DNA of 64,000 nt from Eledone cirrhosa. Taxonomy: Eukaryota. Positions 12,881 to 26,537 of this stretch are shown here, in pieces. The number at the start of each line of letters is the position of its first letter. Positions within the stretch are counted from its first letter, which is position 1. The stretch covers positions 59,148,001 to 59,212,000 of the forward strand of contig OZ024743.1 in the NCBI GenBank assembly GCA_964016885.1, in the 5' to 3' direction. The notes under the pieces are model-generated. The model searched no databases. It was not told the DNA's origin and was given only the letters and a program-made list of their open reading frames with translations. A program made the position numbers and the translations under genes.

Positions 12881-13180
12881 ACGAACCAAAGTATCGTCTT
12901 CCTGTCTTCCTCCGGTTGCAACGTTTTTTGAAATATCCAGTTCTGCGTTTACAGATTGACTTTGTTAGTTTCAGAAGATCCCATTAAGGGTGAAAGCAGC
13001 GATTCTTTGCTTTAACTTTAATCTGTTATTTTAATAAATATTTTCTCTACGGTTCTTATATATTTGATATATATTTTCCTTATCGACCTCTCTTTGGATT
13101 TTAGTCTTCAATTTTATTATTATTACTATATATATATATATATATTAATACATGGAAACTATCTTTATAAAACCATATTT

Positions 13181-13239
13181 ATTTTATTATATATATTTCA
13201 AGGGTACCAAAATGTTGGTACCCTCTCATCAGATAAAAT
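13181..13239 (-). ncRNA. Intact type I hammerhead ribozyme
   Basis: Sense: ATTTTAT CTGATGA G AGGGTACCAA CATT TTGGTACCCT T GAAA TATATA TA ATAAAAT. Stem I 7 bp, stem II 10 bp, palindromic stem III. Confidence 0.9.
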
Positions 13240-14526
13240 ACAAAAATTGTTTTATAAATATTGACATATCCCAAAACAAGAACTTATCGTTTTAAGTTCA
13301 TTTTGGATAGTGAAAGAAATTTCAAATCTTAGGATGAATTATGTTAATGAGAATAAACGTACAGCTGAAAAAGATCGTTATATTTAGACGCTAGGTAAAT
13401 TTAAATAATTATTAGGATAATTTTTCATTTTTAATTCTTAAGAGAGATGTTAATATTAGTAAGAACATTTAAGGAATGATTATAAGAAAACAATTATATT
13501 ATATTTAGAAATACACTATTATTATTAAAAGATAATTGTATGGATCAAATCAGTGATGGGGTAAAGAAAGTTATATAATTGTAATTATTTATTTAAATAT
13601 ATCATTATATATTTTGGTAGTATCTATAAAATAATATGAGAATGTGTTGTAGTGGTGGAATACCAATTTTAAAATTGAGAGATATTGCTAATTATTGGAT
13701 CTATTGAAATCGTGAGTTATAATATTATATAGATAATATTTATAAGTATATTTTATGAAGAATTAAGGTTGTAAGTATATTTTACTTTATTATATTACAA
13801 CAGGTTATTTATATAAATATTTATATAAATAATTTTGGTGAGTATATATGTTTTTTTTCCTTAGATATATAATTTAAATATTTATGTATGTTAAGGGTTT
13901 CGAAGAATTTCGTGTTTACATTTTCAATATATAGTTAAGAAAAAAGAAAGTAGTTCTATTTTTATTACAGAAGATTATTTTGTGCATTCTATAGTTCAAT
14001 CAAGATAGGAATACAGTTACAAAGTTTAGTAAGTTAACGAAATTATACAGAAAATTTAATATTTATGTAAAGTTTAGTTGTTACTTAGAAGAAATATTGA
14101 AGCGTGTTACATTATAAAGGAAAAGATAACTCCAATATTTCTTAGTTAAAATAGTTAGGTTAAATTTGTCGTTTATACTAGAATTTACTTTAAAAAAGTA
14201 TTCAATTAAGATATATGCAGAATATATGTAGAAAACATTTTATATATTATTTTATATATTATTTTATATATAATTATAAGGTATCCTATATTACATATTT
14301 TCAAAGATAAAATTCTTTTATATATGTATTTAGATAGCATTATCTACATCGCTGCAAATGTTAATGTCTATATAGTCAATTAGGAAGAAATATTAGAGAC
14401 ATCCAAAGTGTATTCAGAAACATCATTAGAACTATCAGAAGTAAGATATATTTCAAAATATCATTTAAAAACTATTTAAAAAGACTATCATTTAGAAAAT
14501 ATCACTTAAAAAGAAAAACACGATGT

Positions 14527-14840
14527 AATTATTGTTTCTACTATTGGCACAAGGCCAGCAATTACACAGTACATTACGGGTACTTTATTTTATCAACCCC
14601 GTAAGGATGAAAGGCAAAGTTAACCTCGGCAGGATTTGAACTCATCTAATAATTGTTTCTACTTTTTGGCACAAGGCCAGTAATTATCCAGTACATTACT
14701 GGTACTTTATTTTATCGACCCCCGTAAGGATGAAAGGCAAAGTTAACCTCGGCGGCATTTGAACTCAGAATGGCAAGGGCCGTAACTCTATGCGTCAAAG
14801 CATGGCGTCCGACGCCTCTACCGATACTGCCAATTCACCA
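14527..14840 (-). mobile_element. Two tandem SINE A copies (14527-14643 partial; 14648-14840)
   Basis: Similarity to 3885-4070. Confidence 0.85.
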
Positions 14841-15688
14841 AATGATCGCAAAACATCAACAAATCATAGTGAAGAGATATTAAGTGTACAAGTGAGGTAT
14901 AGATAATATTTTCTATAGATTATAGATACTTCTGAATGTTTTGTTTTGGTGATGTCTGCAAGAGCTGAATAATTCTTTATTTTTGTTAATAGAGTTTGGG
15001 CTGGGAAGTATTTGAAAATTTTCCTCAATACACAAATGACAAATTCTTGAGAGAGCCATATTTCGGTATGCAGGCGCTTTTGAAATCGTTCCCCAAGAGA
15101 TTGAATAGTCAATATTATTGTCTTTTAAGTACGAAATTAGATGTTAAAGTGATGTTGAACATTTTTTGTCTGATCTATTAAATGTATGTTTGTGATTATA
15201 CCAGCGTTCCTTAAATTTTGTAGAAGTGACTCCTCTATAGTTATATATTTTATTTTTAGTTTTTACTATGCATTTATATACAAACTTTTAGACAATTATT
15301 CTGTAAAGGACAATTTAATTCGTTTCTACAGTTACATTTTCCGGAGTTGTTGTCAATAGGAACGGTACGATTATTATTAGTAATATTAATATTGTTATTT
15401 TGGTTTATTTGGTTTGGGTTTAAATTTAAGTTTCTATTATTAATTCTATTAATATTTTGTGCTATGTTCATAGTAGTAGAGTAAGATAGTTTTATAGTAT
15501 GTTTGTTAAAAATAGAATGGTATCTATGGTATTTAGGAAAACATTTATCTAATGCTTTGAAAAATATGTTGGCTACAGGTGTTATAAATCCTAAAGAGAA
15601 TGGAGGAGAGTACCAAATAATATTTCTAGTTCTAGTCCTTTTGTTTGATTTACTGTTTATGTTAAATTGCTTATTATTATTATTATAG

Positions 15689-15815
15689 CAAATTCTGAGT
15701 TCAAATCCCGCCGAGGTTAACTTTACCTTTCATCCTTACGGGGTCGATAAAATAAAGTACCAGTAATGCACTGGATAATTGCTGGCCTTGTGCCAAAAGT
15801 AGAAACAATTATTAT
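15689..15815 (+). mobile_element. 5'-truncated SINE A
   Basis: B box and body present; flanked by duplicated ttattattatag. Confidence 0.85.
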
Positions 15816-16589
15816 TATAGTAAATTTTAGGATGATTTTGCACGTTATTGTTATCTAAGTATTTATTTTATTTATGTAGCCAGCTCTATGTAGAGCATTA
15901 TTGTTTTCAAAAATATTTTTATTAGCTGAATTGCGTGAAATTCGTTGTTGGACACTATTGACAATAGTATTTTTTTACATTTCTAGGATTGTTAGAATGG
16001 AAGCTTACGTACATAGTTTAGGCTTTCATTAATCTTATGGAAAGGGTAATATAGACCTGAGCTAAGGTTTAAAGTGACATCTAAGAAGTTAACAGTTTTA
16101 TTATTATTCTCAATTTCCAATTTAAGGTTGTAATTTTTGAAAAATACTATGATACTTTTCTTTTTCGTATTAAGTTTTCTGTTGCTATGGATGTCGACTA
16201 TAAGTAACATGTCGTCGCAATATAATCCTCCGGCCATCTCTGGCATTTTTCTATGTAGTACATTAAGAATAATTATTCCAACGAAGTCTGTTACTTGAGC
16301 TGAGTCAGATGATCACATTGTGATATCGAAATTGTTCTGTCTGTCAGCCCTTGTCCAGAGATGGTTATTAAATTCAATTAGGGTTTTGTGTGCGGTTAAA
16401 ATTATATTTATTTCTTCACTAGATAACTCCGTATATTTTGAAACATAAATAAGTGCCTTATTACCTAAGTTAGGGGTAATTGAGGAGTAGTAATTAGCAA
16501 TGTCCATTTGTATTAATTTCTTCTTATGTTTTAATTTAATATCTGCAAATCAATTTGTTACTTCATTTATACCGTTCCATAGTTTAAGG

Positions 16590-19500
16590 CAGTGGTCGCC
16601 AACCTTTCTAAAACCGAGGAACCCTCTAAATATTTTGAATTCTTCACGGAACCTATACAATACAAAACTTTTCAAAAAAAATAATAAAGTATTTATTTAT
16701 TTTACTGTTTCATGCGTGTATATGTAGTCGAACACAATGGCTTTTCTGCTGCTGCGCCTCATCAGTGAGTTTAGAAAATCGAGGTTCAACACTAGTTAAC
16801 GCCAGTCTCATACACTCGTCAATTGCTGACAGTTTATTCCTCTTCTTTGTGCAGATTTCCACCAACTGCGAAAACCCTTTTTCGCACAAATAGCTAGATG
16901 GGAATAAAGTCAAATACTTTAATGCAAGTTGGCTGATTTCATTAAACTCCCCAATCAAGAATAAGTCGATCCATAGTTCTTTCTTTCTGCTTTCGAATAT
17001 CACTTTCAGGTCTTCGTTTGAATTCAAATCCATCAACTGATGTAAGCATTGGGCAGGTAGTAAATTTTTACAATTTCCAGCGTCATTTTCTGACACTAAC
17101 TGCTCGATCTCGGTGAACGGGTTTTTATCCATAAATTTCCGCTAACAATATCTTTTTCCATCAAGTCAAAATAATCTGAAAATCCTGTGGAAAGCACATT
17201 TAAATGAGAATGAATAATCTTCTTTAGATTGCTGGAGTCAAAATTTCCTCTCTTTTTAAGCTCTATTTCAAGGTTTGAAAGTAATTGTCCGATTCAATTC
17301 TTTTTATAAAGATGTTTAATTTTGATTGAAAATATGTAATAAAATTGATTGAAGTAAAAATATCTGCATTGTTACCCTGAAGACACTTATTTAGTTTGTT
17401 CAGTTCACCAAAAATGTCTACTAAATAAGCGAGTTGCACATTCCATTCATTGGTTTCTAATACACTTGCTCTTTCATCATTCTGTTTTTTTAGAAAAACT
17501 ATTATTTCTTCTCTCAGGTCAAAGACTCTCTTCATAGCATCACAAAAGACAGCCAACGCACATCATTGTTCAATAACAATCTATTATAATTACTTCCAGA
17601 AGATTCACAAATAGATTCAAACATTCTAGAATTATTTGCTCTTTAATGGATCAAATTGATAATTTTGACAACGTCTTTCAGCTGGTCATTTAATATTTGA
17701 GCATCTCTGTCTTTGAATTTTTTTTAACACAAAACCTCTCGATGATTTTTTAACACAAAACCTCCCAATGATTTGAAATACAATTTGGGGTCTGTTCTTT
17801 AATTTTTGAAATCAAACCAGAATTTTTACCAGTCATTACAGCTGCTCCATCTGTTGTTATTGAAGTCAACTTGCTCCAAGATACACCATTTAAAAAAAAA
17901 ATACTCTTCAATTTTATTAAATATAACTTGACCTTTAGTTGTGATGTCTAATGCCAGACAAAACAAATACTCTTCTACTAATTATTTTTTATCAAGGTCT
18001 ACAAACCGTACATAGCAAATTAATTGAGCCTTATTATTAATATCCGTAGTTTCGTCCACTTGCAGTCCAAAACATGGGCTTGTCTTTAGTGCAGTTAGTA
18101 TCTGATTTTCTATATCAGAAGAAATATCAATTATCTCTCTTTTTACGGTATTTGCTGACAATGGTAACTGGCTTAATTTTTCTTTGTCCTTAATACTGCA
18201 GCTTTCAAAAAGATTCTCTGTAGCAATTTTTATACTTGGCAGAATTAACTGTTCTCCTAATGTAAATGGTTTTTTGTTTTTACCAATCAAATGTGAAATC
18301 TCAAAAGATGTTCTTGTTAAAGCTTTATTTCTATCTGACCTTTTACAAAACAAGTCATACATATTAGCTTGTGATTTTTTATGTTGTTTTTCAGCGAAGT
18401 AAAGTATTCCAGTGACTTGTTTTTATCATTGGTGTGATTAGTATCAATGTGTCTTTTAAGTTTTGCAGGATTTAAACAGCTATTTGATAGAACTTTTGAA
18501 CATAGCAAACACATGGGCTGATCTGGTGTATCTTTTTTAGTGTCAGCTTTTTGAAATCCATATCTAACATAATCATCACACCACTGTCTAACCTTACTGC
18601 TGGTATCTAACTTCAGCTTCTTTGCAGTAGACATTATATCAATGTTATTTATCTACAGTTAACATTTTTAATATGACATTAATAAACAAGAGAAATTAAC
18701 AGTTTTTTTAATTACAAAAAGTACTTAAATTAACTTTAATTTTAGATATTTGGAAAAACTTAACTAGTTAAAAAAAAATGTTAATTTTAAAAAATTGAAA
18801 TTTCTCCATTTAAGGATGGCAAACATTATTTAAATTCTTATAATAATATTAAAATATTAGGGGTTACTGAAAAAGGTCCAAATTTATGAACAACTAGAAG
18901 AAATTTTTTTCAGAATCCAGCACTTCCTGCATATACTACTTTAGGGTCGTATTAAATATTATTGGTAATGTAAATATATTTAAATATTCGCCATACTAAA
19001 AGGTGCAAAAAATGCAAATCAGCTGATAGTGTAGATGTGACGATGGTATTGGAAATAAATTCAGATATCTTCTATCTATTTTAACTCAAAGTTAGATATA
19101 ATATAAGAAGGCTTTAGGCTGAGTTAAACATATATTAGATTGGAACAAATAAAGTTTAGTCAAATGTTTGTGGACATATATATTTATTGTATAAAGTAAT
19201 TACTCAATTGTGAATGCAGATGTCATCAAATGAATACATAATTGTGTGGCAAAGTTTATAGTGTATGCATGGAATACAAAATTACCTTTGTTAGTAGTCG
19301 AAACTTTACAGGTGTTATATTTTCTGTGCAAAGTACAACAGAATGTAACGTGTTCTTATTTAGAATTGTCTGTGGAAGTGGATGCATGTTGAAAATGACT
19401 AGTAAGCGCTTCACTCAGTGAGGAAACTTTAGACGACTTTAAAGCTTTTGTGAGGGCAGCAGATTATAAACGTGTTCTCTATTGAAAACATTCTACTGAA

Positions 19501-19982
19501 CTTACGTTGTGAGAACAGCGAACTGATCCTGTCTCTTGGCTGAGAGACCTCGCTGAACTAAAGTTTTCAGTTTTAAGTTATGCTGTCATCGACCAACATT
19601 TACTTGTTCGTGATTGGTCAATTTCTAAGTTCAATTAGCGTATTATCAGTAGTAGTCAAATTCTCGGAATTCAGAAAACTATGTCTTTTCAAGAATTGAT
19701 GTGAAATTGAAAGTATTCAATTTCCACGAATCTCAGAACAGTGTTTTTCTGCTAATTCAAGTGAGAAACTGAAAGTAGTGTTTTCCACGAATTGGAGTGG
19801 AGAACCTGTGTACACTATAATAGTACTTGGTCATTTATACGTTGCACCTTTGGCATTTTCTTTGCACCTTTTTCAGAAAACCCAAAATATTAATGGTAAT
19901 GTAAATATTTATTTTTTTAAGGAAGCCGGAGTTTGTTTTACGGAACCCCAAGGTTCCGCGGAAACCATGTTGGCAACCACTG
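16590..19982 (-). mobile_element. hAT DNA transposon (Buster/Charlie-type), full length, transposase disrupted
   Basis: TIRs CAGTGGTCGCCAAC (16590) and GTTGGCAACCACTG (ends 19982). Perfect 8-bp TSD GTTTAAGG at 16582-16589 and 19983-19990, with central TA. Confidence 0.95.
16710..18634 (-). pseudogene. hAT transposase (BED-like finger, DETTD, TDGAA, SYLCEKGFS dimerisation motif) with several frameshifts
   Basis: YVRYGF..PMCLLCSKVLSN..PAKLKRH, KPFTLGE, QVDETTD, LAYLVDIF, FPSSYLCEKGFS. Confidence 0.92.
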
Positions 19983-20220
19983 GTTTAAGGTATGATTTCT
20001 GCTTAATTATCTAATATATAATTATGCCTAAATTACGCCTAAATTATTGTACCATCTAAGTCTGATTTAGGCATAATTATCAAACATATACTAGATAGGA
20101 TTATACCAGCACTTAAGATATTCAAATGATTTATGAATAAATTTGTTGAATAACCAACAAATTAAGTATCTCTTTGCTTATATATATATATATATAACAA
20201 TATATATATATATATATATA

Positions 20221-23200
20221 TGGTTATACTTTGGGAGGGTCATGTTGCCAATAAGAAACACACGCACCAGTTGCTTTCAATTCAATTTATTATAATAAAT
20301 TTATAAATTTAGGAATTTATAAATTTCCGGTTGGTTGGTTGGTTCCACAACCAGATGGTTGTTTATATATTATCAAATTTCTTTCGTCACACATTCTGTG
20401 ACCTCTTCAGTGACTGGGGATTATTTTCTTTCTTTTTGTGCCTCTCCTTTGTTCTGTCCTACGCCATCTTGTTTCTGTGTGTGTGTTGTGTACTCAGTCT
20501 GCGCATGCGCCACATCTGGGTGTCTGTGTGTGTTTATATTCGTTTATTTATTTGTTTATTTACATGTTACAGGTTGGTTGTTTGTTCTATGTGCGTGTGT
20601 GTTTTCATTTTGTCCTTAATTGTAAGTTGTGATGTTGCTGCTCCACTCATGTTTTCTATTTAATTTTGGTTGTAATTCTTTTATGTTTATTGCCTCTGTG
20701 ATTTGTCTAAACATTGCATCTTTTCTGTGTGTAGATTCTATTTTTATTTCTATGTTCTCTAATTTACCCTTATGTTCTATTTTAGCATGTTGGTAGAGTA
20801 CAGATGATTCTTTACTATCTTGAAGGTATCGCCAGTGTTCATTTATCCGTTCCCCTACACTACGGGCTGTCTCACCTATTTACACTATATTTTTGTCTCT
20901 ACATTGTCCTCAGTACATCTTATGCTATACACTACATTTCTAGTTTTACAGTTAATATGGTGGCTTATTTTACAGGTTATACATTTCTTATCTATACAGG
21001 GGGGTCTTTGAAAAGGGTATGTCTTGCTAATAAGTGTTTTTACGGAGGTACCTGGTCTTTCTAGTATCTCAATATTGAGTTTATTTTTATCTAGGGCCCT
21101 TCTAAATTTGTAAACTAATTCACCTTTAGGGATTGTATCGATGAACATTACACTCTGGTATTTATTGCTATCATACCATGAGTTTATTCTATTAGCCTTA
21201 TTCCTAGTTCTTTCTATTCTTTTCCAAACGTTGCTCCTATACAAGGGGAAGGTCCCATTTGTGTCATTATTTACCATTTTTTCCCATTTGGTTCTGGCTC
21301 CGCTATACACTCTGATTTTATCTCTCTGATTGTAACCAGAGAACTGCATACGGTGGATGAAGTGTTGTATGTGTCTCTCTAGTTCTTCGGGGTTGCACAT
21401 GCGGGACACGTTTTTCATTACCCGTACCAAATCCGCAATCAGTATGTTGATTTTGGTATGGTCCGAAACGGCCGAGTTTCGGTGGATCAGATGTTTGGAA
21501 GTCATGGGTTTGGCATAATGGGAATGGAGGATTTGTTTTTTGTTATTAATGGTATCTAACCAGAGCTCTGTGTCTAGTACAGGTAATCGATGGTTGGGGT
21601 GTTTACTTGGGTAGTCTATAGTAACTCTAATACTCTGGTGAATGTAGTTAGCGATTTGCTGGATGCTTTCCATTGTGTTTTTCTCTAATTCCTGACTGTT
21701 CTCTAGTGGGGTGTTTTAACTATGATGTTTATATCATCAACGTAGCGGGTGTACATTATCAGGGTTAAGGAGTCTTCTAATTGTTCTTTAAGTTTAAGTT
21801 TAAGTCTACTGTCCCACCATACCATGAATAAGTTAGCTATGTCGCCTGCAATGCTAACACCAATGGCTGCTCCTTCCTCTTGGGCATATGTTTTTCCATT
21901 AAATTTGGACATATATTCCTTAAGGGTTAATTTCATGCTGGCCCCCACCGCATGTGCAATCATTTTCTTTAGTTCATCGTGGTTTTCGGGTGTCCGTATG
22001 GCTCTCGTCCACCCGTTCCATCTATCTGTGTGTGTTTTCTTGGCCATTGGGGTAATGGTAGGCTGTCTGCCTCTTGCTGGTCTTGTAGGGCACAGGTTGC
22101 TAAGGTCATATGTGTCTAGGTAATTATTACTATAGGTAAGTTTAAGTAGGAGTCCTAGCTCACTGGTATCAACCCCCACGCAACTCAACATTGCTCTCAC
22201 TGATCATTTCTACGCATCAAAATCCACGTCAATAGATGGATACAGGGACACAACATCCATACTACCTATTATGCACTTTGTTAGGTCCCTAGATCGGTTA
22301 CTCTCGCCGATTCTGCTGAGGAGGTCCTCCGTGCTGTCACATACATCTGGGGACATTTCAATGATGGGGCGTATGATCAGGGAGAGGAAGTAGGACAGTC
22401 TGTAGTTACTAGCAATGTTAGTTCCACACACTGGCCGTGTTGGTGGTCCCGTGACAGGGTCACTGCCCGTTTTATGGTCTTTTCGAAGACCATACATCGC
22501 TGGCACGTCATTGTTCCAGGCCTGGAAGTTGTTGGCAGTCGTTTTGTTGTGCTGCTTATATTTGTCCACATCACCATATTGGCATTGAGGGCTTTTTTTC
22601 TATATCCTCATGCTCTTGTGGTGTTACTTCTCTTGTGTTAGTGATGTGGGGTTGCATTGCCTGGATGTAGTTTGGAAGACTGTCAACCGACATTCTGCCA
22701 GACTTGTCTGTTGGAAAGCATGCTATCTCTCCATTACGCGAGCGCTGCATGAGCTTACGCAAGCCATTTGCAGATATTTCTCCCAGTTGCTGGGCCTCCA
22801 TTCTATTATGCTTCTTGCTATACTGTTCTATAATATTTCTAAGTTTAGATCTAGCTATACTAAATTGAGCTTCTGTTTGTTCATCGACCTGCGACGGCAA
22901 TTGCGTGCGTTTGTTAAAAGGTAAAGTCGTGGCGTGGACTCCTCGCAGGTCGAACGACTTATCGGGGGGATTATAAAAAGTAGAGTTCCAGGCTGCTGAT
23001 TTATGTGTACTAGTGCTATTGTTATTGTTAGTTGTGTTGTTTCTATTTCTATTTCCACCAACAGCCGCATGGTTGTTTCTATGTCTCTCATTATTACTCC
23101 TGTCTCTTTCCTCTGGTTTATTGTTATTATCTACTCTATTTTGTGTGTCTGTGTGTTCGTCTTGGTTATTTTCTCTGTCCATAGTCTCACTTCTTTCAAT

Positions 23201-23840
23201 CCTATTACCTTCCCTTATTTCTGTGCTACTGTCATTAAATGTTTTCTGTGCCTGTGTGTTTGTTAAGATAGTGGTGGTGGTGAGAGGCATTGAATGTGTG
23301 TGTGTTGTTGTTGTTGTTGTTGATGTGTGCAGTTGTTGATGTGTGTTGTTGTTGTTGTCTCCGTGTGTGTTATTATTGTTGTGTGTGTTGTTATTGTTGT
23401 TTGTGTCTGCGTGTCTGTTGTTCTTGTTTCTGAGTATGTTATTATTGTTGATCTGTGTGTTGTTGTTATTGTTGTTTGTGTCTGTGATTCTGTTGTTGTT
23501 GGGATGTGTGTTGTATATGTGTGTGCGTATGTTGTTACTTTTGTTTTTGTTTTTGTTTTTGAGGCTCCAACGTAATTTTGTAAATGATTTTTCTATTTCT
23601 GACAAACAACTAATTATATTTACCTTCTTGAGTGTCGCATACTTAGGTGGCAGTTGTAATACAGATAATTCATCAGAGTCGACCATAGTGTTGCCGTATA
23701 TATTTGTGTTGTTGTTGTTGAACTCATCAGTTAATGAGATGTCGGCCATATTTATACCGTCAATTTTGTCGGGATATCTATTGGTATTCTCTAAAGTATC
23801 AAATTCAGAAACGAAATATATATATATACATATACGTATA
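20221..23840 (-). mobile_element. Penelope-like element of a second clade: long N/T-rich N-terminus, RT with long A-B insert, C-terminal GIY-YIG, pLTR with HHR
   Basis: PTDKSGR, KDHK..PPTRPV, SMDVVSLYPSI, QEEGAAIG, YTRYVDD, LPVLD, FSGY, CKTRNVVYSIRC, and GETARSVGERINEH (frameshifted, ~20875). Confidence 0.9.
20372..20414 (-). ncRNA. Type I hammerhead ribozyme motif
   Basis: Sense: GTCA CTGAAGA G GTCACA GAATG TGTGAC GAAA GAAA TT TGAT. Confidence 0.7.
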
Positions 23841-23962
23841 TAAAGTCAATTTGATCCCTAAGGATGTTTGTATATGTTCAAAACATGTTATGTGTATATA
23901 TATATATATATAGATAATCTCTCGCTATATAATTACATATACACATATACATATATCACGTA

Positions 23963-24029
<67 letters not shown>

Positions 24030-24159
24030 AGAAAGTGAGGTATTTTCATAAAATGAAAAGTAACCGAGTTGACCTACGCGAGTGAAAGCATAAGGAAAAA
24101 GAGATGAAATAAAAAATGCAACTGGAGTCATATTAAAAAAAGAAATATATATATATATA

Positions 24160-24759
24160 TAATAACTAGAGATTGATTAACATATAAAAATGCATGAATA
24201 ATCACAGGAGATAATTTAAGCTTGCGTGTAACCGCGCATAGCTAGTTTAGGCAATATTTACCTTTAAGTGTGATTAACTTTCCTTGTATATATCCCATTA
24301 AAGAAATATATTTCACCAATTTCACGCCACTGAAACGAAACCGCTATCTTGTGTGGACGCAACACGTGGTAACGGATAGTTGAAGATTTGATCTCGCTGT
24401 GTAAGCTCCAATAGCTGGATAATTATCTATTTCCTTGTTCACAATCCAATAATATCCACTTTCCGTGATTTACCATCTGATTAATTGGTGAAATATATTT
24501 CTTTAATGGGATATATACAAGGAAAGTTAATCACTCTTAAAGGTAAATATTGCCTAAACTAGCTATGCGCGGTTACACGCAAGCTTAAATTGTCTCCTGT
24601 GATTATTCATTAATCAACCTCTAGTTATTATAATATGCTCAGATGTATTTATCTTTGAGGTTAAATTCTCAGGACTTATGGCGCATGCATTATGTCATGA
24701 CACCCATGATTTCGATTTAGATTAAATTCATTTAATTCATTTATCTTAATTTTGGACTT

Positions 24760-24760
<1 letters not shown>
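24160..24760 (+). mobile_element. Non-coding fold-back insertion in (TA)n (arms ~24160-24320 and 24484-24630, ~130-bp tail)
   Basis: Inverted repeat visible. Only a possible 3' half of an HHR (GAAATATATT) is seen. Confidence 0.75.
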
Positions 24761-24825
<65 letters not shown>

Positions 24826-24836
24826 ATCTATAAATG

Positions 24837-24873
<37 letters not shown>

Positions 24874-24889
24874 ATGTATATATATATAT

Positions 24890-26537
24890 GAAAATAGTGA
24901 GAAAAAGACGAATATTAGGAAGAAAAATATATATTTTTCTCTTTTTTTCTGAGTAAGAAAATTTTAAAAATAAAATGTTTTACTTTGCGTGAAGTGTTAA
25001 GGTATTAGTTAATTAATTAATTTATTTATTTACTGATTTATATATTTAATAATTGTCTATTACCGGTTTCAGCATTTTATGCATTATCAAAGGGGGGAAT
25101 TTGTATTGGTATAAACTGTTGGAAAGAAAATAATGTGATGTTAAGGAAATGGGAAAACAAGAACAATACTATTTACAACCAAGGTTTTTGAAGTAAAAAG
25201 AAAAAAGGAGGTAATGTGGAACATGATAAGGTAATAGGAAAGAAAGCATATTATTATTTACAGGCATAGTTCTTGAGGATAAGCAATTCAAAATGTGTTA
25301 TTATGGCAAGAGCGCTTGGTTGGTCCATAATGGAGGCAAATGGTAGTCTGGGGTTTGATATGATTTCCCTTTTTATAGAGTTAATATGGAGGGGGAGGTA
25401 ATTCAGGGTTAATATGGAGGGGCAGGTAATTCATAGAAGAATTAAAGAACACACTTATCAGCAGAAACTATCCACCATCCATAATCAACAATGGATTCCA
25501 ACATGCCCTAAAACTCAATATCCAGGAACTCAGACACCCCAAACCCAGGAATGAACTGCAACAGAAAACTCTACCATACATCTCCACACACAGCCCCCTC
25601 AAGAATGAGGCATTCGATACCATCCTCCAGAACATTCCTTAACTAAAAAGAGACCCAAGAATGAACAAAATCCTCCAAACCCCCAATATCATAAAGAGCA
25701 AAAGACAACATAAATCTATAAAAAACATCCTCACACAAGCCAAAATCCAACCAACCTTCACAATGAACCCTACAGTAAAAGAATGCGGAAGGCCCAACTG
25801 TGGTACATGCATAAATCTAATAGAAGGTTCAACATTCCATTTTAAACAAGGACAACATTTCACAGTTAAATACAACTTTACATGTGCATCTGAAAACCTA
25901 ATCTAGGTTTTGGCCTGCTCAGGTTGTCGAGAGCACTACATAGGACTGACAAAAAACAGCCTCCGACAAATTATGACCGTCCATAGATCATAAATCAAAA
26001 TACAGGAATACAGAAAGATTGCTTTTAGTGAACATATCACCAATTGTACATCTAACCAAAATTCAAACTTAAAAATTTTCCCCATTTACAAATTCATAGA
26101 CAACGCTTCTTTCAGCCACCGTAATAATAAGGAAACGTACTTCGTTAACACATTCCAACTTCTACTTAATGGACTAAACTTCGGACTAAACTAAATCTGG
26201 AACGAATAATGTACCAAAGTCCAAATTCCCATGTTTCTAAGGAGTTACCTCGCTAACACCCTACCTAATCTTTTTTCTTATATAAATGAATTACCTCCTC
26301 TCATTTCTCTCTCCCTTACCTGACCACCCTGAATTACCTCCCCTCCATATTAACTCTATAAAAAAGGAAATCATATCAAACACCAAACTACCATTTGCAT
26401 CCATTATGGACAAACCAAGTACTCTTGCCATAAGAACACATTTTGAACTGCTTATTCTCAAGAACTATGCCTGTAAATAATATTTTTCTTTCTTTCCCAT
26501 TACATTATCATGTTCCACATCACACCCCCTTTTTACT

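Larger units (their letters stand above)
10221..13128 (+). mobile_element. Penelope-like element: inverted pLTR, pLTR, RT, pLTR; GIY-YIG domain missing; inserted in (TA)n
   Basis: pLTR copies at 10221-10378 (-), ~10978-11227 (+) and ~12880-13128 (+). RT ORF 11596-12987. Confidence 0.92.
13140..20180 (-). mobile_element. Degenerate Penelope-like element (RT, CxC linker, GIY-YIG, ~1.7-kb AT-rich 3' region with HHR), interrupted by a hAT and three SINEs
   Basis: MDIANYYSSI (16507), GLYCDDML/VNFLDV (16246-15992), WYSPPF (~15610), CNCRNELNCPLQNNC (~15320), GVTSTKFKERWYNHK and CHLC..SCRH (15240-14950). The RT reads through across the hAT. Confidence 0.85.

Noticed and set aside
11596-12987. Intact 463-aa protein or telomerase
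   Set aside because: It is a PLE RT fragment with an upstream stop, and its C-terminus is out-of-frame pLTR sequence.
16710-18634. Domesticated ZBED5/SCAND3-like host gene
   Set aside because: It has several frameshifts and intact TIRs and TSD, so it is a transposon copy.
20221-23840. Selenoprotein-type (Naiad) PLE with recoded UGA
   Set aside because: The endonuclease is C-terminal, the disruptions are mainly frameshifts, and no SECIS was recognised.
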